64,000 nucleotides of DNA from Catajapyx aquilonaris. Its lineage: Eukaryota. The notes below the pieces were generated by a model. That model ran no database searches. It saw only the letters and a list, made by a program, of their open reading frames with translations, and had not been told where the DNA came from. How positions within the stretch are numbered: the stretch's first letter is position 1; each line of letters opens with the position of its first letter. The position numbers were made by a program, and so were the translations under genes. The stretch covers positions 124,001 through 188,000 of the forward strand of contig JYFJ02000087.1 of the NCBI GenBank assembly GCA_000934665.2. The letters run 5' to 3'. Below are positions 45,444-56,600 of the stretch, one piece after another.

Positions 45444-47749
45444 TCAGGTGCGAATAATTTTGGTACATCAGTTGCAGCACTTTGTTGTAGAGTATTGTTT
45501 TCCGGAAGAACGTAGTTTTCTGACTCTGTGTCCTTGCTTTTAAAGAGCTTGGTATTGTCCTAGGTCTTGGACCGGGTCCAAAGAACTTGGTGACTAATAT
45601 CACTGCAGCATAAGAGATAAAACTATCGATTCCAATGGAGATAAAAAGAGAGAGACCTTCAAAATATGCCTGGGTGGCCCTCATACACTCTCTGGATCGA
45701 GTACGAGCATGTGCATTCCATTGGGAGCGTAACGTAAGCCGAAAATGCGGGATGTGTAGTGCACCATCATTGTGCGGCGTGATTTATTTCTGTTGTGACC
45801 CAGTCCAAGGCTCTGCCAGTACAGTACAATTCGCCAAGTGACGGAAAACCGTTATGACGGGCCGTTGAAACGAAGCCAACTTGGCCAACTTAACCGCGAT
45901 CCCTAGATCTAGTCACAGCGGTTTGAAATCGGGCTTGAACTATGCTCGAATCCAACAAATAGTTCAGTGCAGTTTAGAAACCTCAGGAATTTCCATTCAG
46001 CACTTTAGAGTGGCAAAGTTACATTATCTGAAGTCCAAAGGTGTATAGCCCACGACCTACTTGTCGTAATGGACGCCAAAAATTGCATGCTATCAGGACA
46101 ATTAGCTAATTACTCGCGAAGGCTGACTTCATTAAAAATAGTAATTTTAAAAATAATGTCGCACATGATGTTCACCAGCAGACCGAGTGATATCCCCCCG
46201 TCCGCACATGCGGAATCCAAAAGCAGTTTGGCAGAGGGACAAGAAAGCATTGACGTTGAGTTTGCATCCACTTGGGAAGAGGCCGCAACACTCAGTTGTT
46301 CCTTTGCTTCCGTCCAAACGAGAAGTTGCACACACTACACTCACGACCATCCCATGACTCTTATTTGACCTTCGCTCGGTAAGAATTACCCTCTAATTAT
46401 CTACACTACTTTTTTCCCCCTCACTGTGCTAATTACACGTAGATGGAAAACTCTCAGTTGTTGAGTTGGACCAAGTGACACGTATGGTTTTGACATTGTG
46501 ATATGAGTATATGAAACATTAGGAGGTGTATTGGGCGGATTCCAATTGCTGGACATTGTACTCTGGACATGCACACAGAAAATAACCAAACCGCAGAGCA
46601 CCAGCTGCATCGAAAATCTATTTAAAAGATTGAATTGTTCATTGATTTCGTAGGATTAGTGGCAGGTCCTCGTCCCATGTTTAAAAGGCCATTCAATTCA
46701 TTATAACGTTATGACAAAAATTCAACGTGTTAAAAAAAAGAGCCACTTATTTCAAGCGTTTAAAAAACAATTTCGAAGAATTTTCTAAAGCACGAAAAAT
46801 AAGAGGCAAAATTACTTGAAAAATAATACCGAGTGTTTATATGTGTTTTTGTACAGCAATAGAAGCGTAAAGCACCGGAAGTGACTAGTTAAGGTCTCCC
46901 TTCAGCTGTCTATCTCGAATCAATTTGCATTCATTATTCCAATCAACACGATGACGCCAGCATTGCATAATATTTTCATACATCACCCATTCAATGTTGT
47001 AGCGTCGTGTTACAAACAATGTCACATTTCGGCTTTTCACGGCTGTTTGGCTACCACAAAGAGGAAAAACACGAACAACTATGTGGATACAATGCGTTAC
47101 ATGCGATGTGAATTTGCGACGCTTTAAATAACAATAACCCTGAAAATGTTATTTACATGACCTCAGTGCATGATTGATCACTTCTCCATTGCCTCCACGT
47201 TATTTAGTACGTGCATTGCGTTTGTACTGTAAGCTCCAATAATAATAAAGCAATAAGAACAGACGTTGTGGTTCATTGTGTTTTAAGTCACTCTCCGGAA
47301 ATCATGGAATAATATAAATTGCCCTTACCATTAGGCTATTCTAATATTACACACCAGAGTGACCATATTCATAATTAAGCTGTACAGTAAAATTAATTCA
47401 AAGCTTGGGTCGAATAAAACTTCGGACCAATAAAAAATGGTTTTTCTAAATACTGTACAAGTTCGAATACTTCCAGCACAATTAGTTGTCAAGGAATCAT
47501 ATCCTGCAGACCTGCACCATGCCTTCCAAAGGCTGCAGAATTGGTTTCGATGAATGACGCTGTAGGAATATCCCAGGTAACTGGACCTGCACTGCCGGAA
47601 TGGCACAGACACAATAGAATAGCGTATTTATATCACTGTAAGAACAGCTGGTTGCATGCTTCCCTCTCAGGTGTTTCCTTCCATACAAAATTAAAGCACT
47701 GTGTGTATGCACAAGATTCCGTCCTGGCAGATGAGCCAGCAGATCAGCC

Positions 47750-49586
47750 ATGAAGATACCTTGCGCCTGTGTCTCTACTTCCTATCTGATCCTAACCTTG
47801 CTGCTTGCCACCATCCTTCGACGAGTGACGGCTAAGATATTCGGAAGTTCCTTCTGGAAAGCAATGGCCGACGAGGCCATCTCCGCTGCAGAGCTGTGCG
47901 GATGCTGCTACGAACTAATCATCAGTAAGAAAACCCATTTTAGTTGTTTCCCCACCAAGAACCATCCTGCTCCAAACTATTCCGCCACAAGACATCACAA
48001 TGCTTAAAGATATTGTCGGCATGCAAATATTTGTGTCTTGAATCCTGCTCATTCCAACCGGGTGCCAAAAGAAGAATTAATCCGAGCTTGTTTCTAGTTG
48101 CTGACAATTACGGAGTGCTGATGTACGCAGCGTTCCTATTCTTGTTGACAATATGGTGGAGCATGAATTGGGGTGATGCCACGGCCTGTCCTTACAATCA
48201 CCTGGAGGACTACCTTGAAGGCAAGACTGACATTAAGTCTGTGATACTCAAAATCGCAGCAGAAATAGCCGGGGGACTTCTGGTCTTCAGGTGATTGCCA
48301 ACATTTACTGTCCCACTAGTAGGCTAGGTGGTTAACACGTGTCCTTTTTAGGTACGTCCAATTTTTGTGGAAGCTGGAATATGCAGAGACACACAAAGGT
48401 CGAGCGTTTGAAGACTGCACAGCAGATTTGCAGGTAAGCGATGTTAATTTTAGCTTGAAAGAGATACTTATGGTAGCAGCTGGTTCTTGGCCAAGGAGTC
48501 GAGCCTCAAGGTTTCCCTCTTTGGGACCTTCAAAGCTCAGCAATTTGTCCTTTTAGTCGCTTATATATAGCGAGAATCTCAAATATTCTAAGTAAATTGC
48601 AACAATTTATTCCACTTTGCCTTTAAAAATTGTGCTGAGAGGAAGGATGCGAGTTATTATGTCTATAGCATGTCCCGCTGCTTATTATTAATGCGAAATA
48701 CTGGTACAGTACACAGCAGGTAATGTTACAATCTGGTTTTCTCTTACGATCCCAAGTGCTCCTTGGGTGCAACAATGGGGGGTGGGAATGTTTAGTGGCT
48801 CAGTGGCACGTATTTAGTGTCGTAATAATGCTACTTCAGAAGCAAGTGGGTGGTGATGGATGTTCACAAACAAATGCAGCCAAGTTGTCTTTGGCCATAT
48901 TTCACTATGATGGAATGAGATGTCAGTGCACCCAGACGTGCGACAACCTTCTCACAACACTGCAGACCCGACCATTTAGCAAGACATAACCAGAATAGTT
49001 GTCGGCTAACCTTGCCAATGTCATCAAATCCACAAATAATAACAATTACTGTAATTGACAGGTAGCAGCCCTCTATGGAGCTCTGGTAGAATGCATAGCC
49101 ACTTGTCTATGTCGCCTTGCGTCGAGGGCAATCGAAGAAGAGGAGCCTCAGAGTGCAGCAGCCATAGATTCATTCATATCTACGGCTCTGGTGGTGGCAG
49201 GTATGAGGACATACACTTCTGTTGGTCTCGTTCTCTTGATACATTGTCTCGTAAAAGTTTACATGCTGCATTCATGTTAAGGAACGTGTAGCCAGTGTAA
49301 TTACGGAGAAAGAGAAATGGTGGCGCCAACATTTTGACGAGGTTTCTAACCCGTTATATTCTATTTCCATTCAGCTTTCAACTACTCAGGAGGATACTTC
49401 AACCCAGTTCTGGCCACCTCCCTCAAGTTCGGGTGCAAGGGGAACACAACAGTGGAGCACCTCGGTGTCTACTGGCTGGGTTCAATACTAGGATCGCTAG
49501 TCTCGGTCTACCTGTACAGGGTGCCTATTATTCGAAACGCACTTCGGAGGCCTTTCGTTCCTTTCAGTAGGCTCAAGACAGCGTAA
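47750..49586 (+). CDS. Unorthodox aquaporin (AQP11/12-like superaquaporin), copy A, 266 aa; exons 47750-47924, 48098-48290, 48352-48433, 49062-49200, 49375-49586
   Basis: AAELCGCCYEL, ADNYG, GDATACPY (first box CPY, 48187-48195), GGYFNPVLATSLKFGC (second box NPV plus the superaquaporin Cys) and VYWLG. This is the typical insect AQP12-like pattern. Confidence 0.94.
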
Positions 49587-49890
49587 AAAGACCGCATCGC
49601 CTTTGAAACGCCTAAGTGCTAAATACTCAATGATGTACCTGTTATGCGTACAATTACACGTTAATTGTCACATGTTGCTTGTTGGTAAAATATATTATTC
49701 TCTAAAATACAGCTTGTGTTTATTCTGACTTCCTAATCTGTCACATGTTACCACAATATTGATCATGAAGCACAACATTCATTGTTACAATCACCTAGGC
49801 CATAAGCAGTTGTTTACACGACGTGTTACACGACGTGTGAGTCCTAAATCACCCTCAAAAAAAAATCGGCGCTCCTCACCCGGGTCAGCC

Positions 49891-51216
49891 ATGAACTCGC
49901 TCGTGGTGTCTTTCGGGTTCTTGTCCCTGACGGTCCTGATCTCCAAGATGTTGGTCACCATAATTAGAAGGAACATCACTGACACAACTGTGAACAGACT
50001 CGCCTGCGAAGTCATCCAGACTGCGGAAGTCTGCGCCTGTCTCGCCGAAGTCGCAACAAGTACGCGCAATAAAAAGATGAGGGTCATTGACACAATCACG
50101 AAGCCAACTGGAGTTCAATCAACCTCTGGTCTCTTTCAGTAAGCACAGTCAGTGTCCCTTCGTCCCTGATAGCCCTGTTCTTGGTGGACTTCTGGTGGCA
50201 AATGCACCCACAGAGGGAGTCCTCACCTGCTGTCCAGATTGACGCTTTCCTACAAGGCCGACAGAACCTGACGGACATGGCGTTGGTCATATTCTCCGAA
50301 CTCATTGGAGCCTTCGCAGCTCTAGCGTGAGTACTAATTGTCTCAAAATATCCAGATGTGCTTGTAACAATTGCAAAATCCGTTACAGATACATCCACTA
50401 CTACTGGAATTTGCAACTGGCGTCTTCCCACGCAGGATTGAAATCCTCTTGCGTTCATGACGGTATGAAGGTAAGGAATCATGTAATTGTGTCTGTAGTT
50501 ATGCCATGCTGAGATTAGGTTTTACAAACTGTGCAGGTACCAGTGTTGTACGGATTTCTGGTAGAGTTTTTCGGCACATTCTTTCTAGAGATGTGCTCTG
50601 GCGCAAATGAGGGGACTCGTCACAAGAGCGCCGAAGCACTCAGGTCGTTGTGTGTGACAGCTGCATTCTTCGCAGGTAAAATGTCTCTACGGGCTATCAA
50701 TGACATCAATTCAACTGGACCCGATCTACTATTTGGTGTGTGCATATCAACCAAGCAGTGGACCAGGTCTAGACCAGGATTGCCAGATAGCCTTAGTTGA
50801 TTTGGCTCCACAAATCTTTGTAATCTAGACCGGGTCCAGTTTCATGTGCATATGAACCAAACAGTGGACCAGGTCTAGACCGGATTGCCTCAGTTGCTTT
50901 GGCTCCGCCAATCAGTCAATCTAGACCGGGTCCAGTCTTCCTTCTGGTGGTGTGATGGCCCTAGAAGGCATCATGTAACCAGTAGTCTAATGGTTTCTTT
51001 TAATCGTCAGGCATGAACCTGAGCGGTGGCTTCTACCATCCGATAGTGGCCTTCTCCCAGTGCTTCGGCTGCAAGAGCCACACCTCTGAAGAGCACTTCA
51101 TGGTCTACTGGGCAGGGCCAATTCTGGGCTGCATGCTGGCCACTGAAGCTCGCAAGTACCAGACAGTCAAAGATATCTTCGAGTGGCCTTTCGCCTTACA
51201 TGTCAAAGTTGAATAA
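49891..51216 (+). CDS. Divergent unorthodox aquaporin, copy B, 260 aa; exons 49891-50059, 50140-50326, 50389-50470, 50537-50675, 51011-51216
   Basis: Same five exons and intron phases (1,2,0,1) as copy A, with identical exon 3 and 4 lengths (82 and 139 nt). Motifs TAEVCACLAE, GFLVEFFGT, SGGFYHPIVAFSQCFGC and EHFMVYWAGP. No stops or frameshifts. Confidence 0.88.
50714..50936. repeat. Composite inverted/tandem repeat in intron 4 of aquaporin B
   Basis: Left end actggacccgatcta is inverted relative to tctagaccgggtccagt (ending 50840 and 50936). A ~100-bp unit is duplicated (50737-50840 and 50844-50936). Confidence 0.75.
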
Positions 51217-51711
51217 GTTGGAGTAGACCGACTTGGTTTCAGAGGAGTGCGAGTGATTGAAAGATAGTGACGAGTGATTCAAGATTGAGCGGAGGGATTC
51301 ATGGCTGAACACCGGTATCAAAATTGTAAATGTGAAGCAATATATTACTTCAAACTCTTGTTCTTTCATAGATGTCAGTTTCCAAAAACAAAGCTGTGGA
51401 TATGTGGGTTTCTTACCACAACAGCTTTGGGTTCGTTTTACGAAGTCCTTGCTTTCTTTAGTTTAAATGTAAAAATCCGGAGTCCATTTTTTTGGTTCGT
51501 GTTCAAAGACAGCCATGAGGTCAGAGCTACCGCCATACAATATTGAAAGAAATTAAATTATCGCAGGCTACTAGCGTGGCCTATACCTGTTGACATTTCA
51601 AACTTGCTAACACTCTGACCGCTTTATCTCAGCTCTTTCCCTAGTTTGCAATCAGTTGTTTCGAAAGGGCCTTACCATATTGATTTACTTTCCTTTTTTT
51701 TGCCACAAATA

Positions 51712-51990
51712 CAGTGAGTGCCCTTACAGGTCAGCAGATAGGCACACATTATGAATAGAATCCTCCTGGAGCCGAATGCACTGGTTCATGGATGTGGCAA
51801 CCTCTCCAGACCTTCCAGGCGGTGCACCCACTCCTGGAGAACTGTGCGCAGTTGTGTGGGAGTGTCCCCCCTCCAAAATCGGTTCCTGCGCTGGAGGCCC
51901 TAGAAAGGTTTGCCACAATCATGTCACGAGTGCATACGGAGGATTATATATCGATAAAGTGTGCCTATTCTGCTGACCCGTAAGACACTG
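51712..51990. mobile_element. Tc1/mariner-type MITE, 279 bp
   Basis: Imperfect TIRs cagtg..cttacaggtcagcagataggcacac and gtgtgcctattctgctgacccgtaagacactg, with TA on both sides (51710-51711 and 51991-51992). Confidence 0.75.
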
Positions 51991-52380
51991 TATTTGTAGC
52001 AAAATAATTGTTAATTAATATGGTGCGGCCATTATTATATCCGATGTGCTTACAGTATAGGAGGATTCCACTGTACTTTGTCAGTTACATTTACCTAAGC
52101 TTATGTGACCTTGAACAAATAATAATAATTTCGTCTGCTGTAGGCTTATTGGCACTTTGCTCATTTGCCTTATTACAAGTTGAACATGATTTTATCCGGT
52201 TATAAAAATTCATTAGAATAAGCTCTGGTAGCCTACAGTACTTCTGTACATTCGTAAACTACTTACTGGACTACTTCCTAGTAGTGAAGTAGTCGTAGTG
52301 CTTTCGTAGTGCCTAGATTGGGGGGGGGGGGGGGGGGGNGGGGGCTATCTCAAATTGCTTTCCAGAGGGCCCCGATGTGG

Positions 52381-52399
52381 CAAATGTTGAGAACCACTG
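52381..52399 (-). mobile_element. Solo hAT/Charlie-like terminus next to a poly-G tract
   Basis: Reverse complement reads CAGTGGTTCTCAAC, a typical hAT-Charlie TIR start. No partner end was found, and there is an ambiguous base nearby. Confidence 0.4.
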
Positions 52400-52443
52400 C
52401 ATTTTAAGGGTTGAAGTAAAGAATGTTATTTTCTCAGAAATGT

Positions 52444-52797
52444 TTATTATTTTATTTTTTTAAATTTACGTTACCCCACTGGAGAGTGGTGCTCTTTTAG
52501 GGGGTGGTAACCCACTGTAAATTCCATTTTTCATATTTTCTTCAACTCTGGTGCAAGGACAAAAGGACATGGGGGTACAGATGGGAATTTTTTGGGGAAG
52601 GGGCACAGGTGCAGGTGCAATGTTGGAAAATGGGTCATGTGCAGTCCCCCAGGAGGCTAGGTTGCCAGACACCTCCAAGGTGCAGGTACGAAACCCTCCT
52701 GACGCAGGTGAAAGGAAAGTTCCCCAGGCGGGGATCGAACCCGGACCTTTTCACTCAGCAAGCCAAGTCGTTACCAACTCGGCCACCACACCTCCCC
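52444..52797 (-). mobile_element. tRNA-derived SINE, ~350 bp
   Basis: Pol III A box TGGCCGAGTTGG (52785-52774) and B box GGTTCGATCCC (52741-52731) at tRNA spacing. There is no acceptor stem. A unique body and an A-rich tail (52465-52444) follow. Confidence 0.8.
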
Positions 52798-52822
52798 TTA
52801 TAAATGTATATTTTAAGGTGGT

Positions 52823-53093
52823 TTGGTTGGTTTGGTTTATTTGGAAGAAGCCAAAGCAACTGTGGCTATCTGGCTGTAAGAAGAAGCAAAGGTGGGACAG
52901 ACGGAGGGAGAAACGAAGAGGAAAAAGAAGAGAGGAAAGACTGGCATCTCTCTTAGTCTGTCTCCTATCCCAAAGACCTGTCCGGCTTGGGTGGCCCTAC
53001 CAGTAGACGAAGCTACCGCCGGCATAGCTCTTGGGGTCATGGGAGAAACGCAAACCCCACCACCACGATAAGGTGGAGATACCATCGGGGGGA
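52823..53093 (-). mobile_element. Short non-autonomous non-LTR retroelement with RTE/BovB-like 5' region and (AACC)n tail, 271 bp
   Basis: 11-bp TSD tttaaggtggt (52812-52822 and 53094-53104). The minus strand reads ccaccttatcgtggtggtgggg...gagctatgcc...agggccacccaagccggacaggtc, which I recognise from memory as RTE/BovB 5'-end sequence. Tail is aataaaccaaaccaaccaaa. Confidence 0.8.
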
Positions 53094-53124
53094 TTTAAGG
53101 TGGTAATGCATTTTCAATCACATA

Positions 53125-53496
53125 GGGGTCGTCCATATACCATGTGACCGATTTTTGGCCACTTTTTGACCCCCCCCCCCTCCCTCAGTGACCGACCGTG
53201 GTATCCATTGGAACCCCCCCTCCCCCCCTTTTTCAAGTGGTTTTTTAAAAATGTAAATGTTATCAGAAAAAACGCGTTCCAAAATGATAGCTCCTCAACT
53301 AAACTGTTTAAGCACGTAAAAAACATGTCTCCCCATGTATTCTGGGTCGCTGATTTCGAATTTTAGGTTATTTTGAACCCATGTGCATCTGCAAAAGCTC
53401 CCATATGTGCCAATTCACTGTGATCAGANGTGGTATATCAGCAGGACCCCCCTCCCCCCTCCCCCCAAAACGGTCACGTGGTATATGGACGACCCC
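53125..53496. mobile_element. PIF/Harbinger-like MITE, 372 bp
   Basis: 26-bp TIRs ggggtcgtccatataccatgtgaccg and cggtcacgtggtatatggacgacccc (one mismatch), with a 3-bp TSD ATA (53122-53124 and 53497-53499). The superfamily is inferred from the G-rich ends and the 3-bp TSD. Confidence 0.85.
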
Positions 53497-53605
53497 ATAT
53501 ATGGCAGTTCATAAAAATCAACCTATGTAGTAGTCATGAAACAATCATCTTTATCATTAGAAATGTTACAAAAATCTTAACACCCATTCATCCATACACA
53601 AAAGT

Positions 53606-56600
53606 TTATGACGGAGAAAACACTCCACTGGCTCCACGTGGGCTACGTATTCCACTCAGTGACAAATGGCCATTGCCCATAGATGTAGCTCCATAGCTGA
53701 ACAACATTGGGAAGTACTGAATCCGTCCACCAGACCACACCTGCAATTAGCAAGGCAATGATAAGTAGCAACCGACAACAAACACAGTTCTAAATGCTTA
53801 CCACAGCAAGAAGGGCTCCATTTTTATAGTCTTGCTGAAAGGTGACAGTCACAGGATATTCATCTTTCTGTCCTTGGATGAAGCCGCTACCCAAGAAACC
53901 AATTTAATTTGACAGGATAACTACTGTACCATTTCAAAGATGGCACTTTTTATAGAAACAATAACACGTGATTCATTAAATATTTTAAAATTAAATAATA
54001 ATGCTTTTTCATACCACCCTTCTGCCAAAACACTCGAGCCCAATAAGGGCAAAATATTATTGATTCAACCAGTAAATGGTACAGTGCTGGACATATTAGC
54101 CATCGCTGAATGTTTTTTTCCGGCGGCGGAGGCGGCGGTGTTACCTGGCAACCCTGTCTGGCGGGCCAATTCAAACATCAGCCCATGGAGAGCGCTTCCA
54201 TTGTTGCCACTGTTTACAAATCGAGTGAGTGACGCGGACGACCCAGCCACAGGTCTCTTCTGCCTGCGCACTCACTCACTCGATTTGTAAACAGTGGCAA
54301 CAATGGAAGCGCTCTCCATGGGCTGATGTTTGAATTGGCCCGCCGGACAGGGTTGCCAGGTAACGCCGTCGCCGCTGCCGGAAAAAAACATTCAGCGACG
54401 GCTAATATGTCCAGCACTGTACTGGTGTCACAAACATTTAAATATCTCACTGAAACAATAATATAAGTGTCCACTTACCAAGGGGTTACTTGCAGTACAG
54501 GGGATGTCTTGGTCCTAAATAAGGCAACGAGGGTACTCTCCCTGAAGCATACTGCTAGCCTCTCACCTGACGGATCCCAGGCCATGTCTAAAACAGAGCC
54601 ACCAACCAGACAACCATACCCAGCGTCCACCAGGGCCAAGTCGGCCACTGGTATTGCTGCTTTGGCCCCTCCCCCTTCAGACCTGTCCTCGTGTGGAAAA
54701 ATGAGTGCATATATCAAAGGATCATTTGCAGTGGCAAAAAGTAATGTGGAGCCACAAGGACTCCAGCAGGCAGCGCGCAAGTGGCCCTCCACAGTGCTCC
54801 ACCGCTCGTGTGTCCAGCTATGTGACTCCCAAACACGAAACACGGAACTAGGGGTTGCTGACAAGAGTCGTCTCCCATCCTGGGACCAGGTCAGGTATGA
54901 CACGCCGCCACCACCAACCCTTGTCATTGGGACACTTCGCTCAGTTGATGCCTCCCACACCACCATGGTTTTATCCAAGGCTGATCCAGTAACCAACAAC
55001 TTTCCATCAGGGTGCCAACTAAGAGTGCTCACTGGTGAATGCCCACTGCGGGTGAGGAGTGTGACACAGGTGGAAGACGGGCGTGTCACAACAGAGTTGG
55101 GGTCAACATGCCAGAGAAGTATGCCTTCCCGGCATCCAACTGCAAGCTCTGAGGCAGACAAAGGACGCCATGCCATGCAAGTGACGTCTCGCTGTTGCCG
55201 GTGCTTTAGGACTGGAACTAGTGAGGAGTGCAGGGTGTAGACATGAACAGAGTCGTCACGCAAAGCCACAGCCATCTTTGTCGAGTGCGGATGCCAGGCG
55301 AAACTGCGGACTGGGCTTGAGGGCCAGTCACGCACGTGGCCAAACTCCAAGGACAAAGCTTCAGGAGACATCTAAAAAACAAAGGACACATAGCAGTCAT
55401 CATTTGAAGTGAATAAGTCAGTCAGTTAGGTCATGCCCCTCAAAGCTAGGGAGTTGCCAACAGTCACAGGAAACTAGTTAGCCATATGACCATAGCTTTA
55501 CACTGTTATACACACCATTAGATGTGGATAGAGTGATGTATGTAGCCTCTGTGCCCAGCGAAAAAAGCTCAGCGCCTTCTGTGCAAACCATGACACAGCG
55601 CTTGGAACATCACCTTGAGCAAGTTCTTCCAGTGCTGGGATCATTCCAATCTCATACCTGAAAGGCAATCATTCAAGCAATTCAGAAACAAACAAAAAGG
55701 TGTAATGTATCAAAAGAGCATGACTAACAGCAAACTGACTAGTACTGTACCACCAAGTATTCAGCTCAAGAGAGCAGAAAGAGAAAGACATTGTCATGAT
55801 TATTTCCTGTCTTCTTTTTCTCTTTATACCATCATTACTCCATCTGCCCTATCTATGTATACCAGGGCAAGTCAACAAAGAATGAGAAGGAATTTATTTT
55901 TCGCGGAATACGTTAAGCAGGGTCCAGGTTGATATTGTGTTTTTCGAGTTAGTCCCCATTGAGTTATATGCACTTGGCCCAACACTTCTGGCAGTTGTGG
56001 AAGACATGCCAGAACCCCTTTTTTTGACATCGTCTTCAGAACCACCTTCTTCATAACGGCTGTTGATGATCCAAAACGGTGGCCCCGCAGTACCAATTTC
56101 AGACAAGGGAACAGAAAGCAGTGCAGGGAGCTAGGTCCGGGCTGTATGGCACACATTCGATGTTTCGTTGGGTCAAATATTGGGCAACAACATTGGCGAC
56201 ATGTAGCCATGCAGCAGGATGCAGCTCAGGACGCTTTCGTCGGATGTGTTCGGCCAGGACCTTCAAAACTGCCACGTAATACTTATCAGTGACTGTTGTA
56301 TGCAGGGACACCTCATACTGGTAAACCATTTCCCGGATTTCGAAGAAGGTAATGGTCATTGCCTTTCCTGCTAACTGAACAACCTCGGCCTGAATTGGGT
56401 TATTTTCAGACTGAGCTCGCCTGTTTGCATTCGGGATCTTAGTGGTGAAGCCAACTCTAAACACCTGTAATGATGGAATTCTGGCAGGCCTTGCCATACT
56501 CCGCTACCAGACGCTCTCTAACAATGCAACAGGGTAACATGCAATGGACTACTACTTGTGTACATGTAATTGTTCCATGTCGATGACTTTTCTGTATCAT

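Noticed and set aside
45349..45480. Poly-Leu transmembrane-like stretch in a minus-strand ORF
   Set aside because: It is the translation of the (AAT)n microsatellite.
46401..46610. Minus-strand 69-aa ORF with a signal-peptide-like start and an upstream acceptor
   Set aside because: No convincing downstream exon or recognisable homology; cannot be supported without expression data.
52720..52797. tRNA gene suggested by A and B boxes
   Set aside because: No acceptor stem or canonical anticodon arm, and it continues into a body and A-rich tail; better explained as a SINE head.
54467..55240. 257-aa + strand ORF
   Set aside because: Antisense shadow of the large AAAS exon, with no recognisable motifs.
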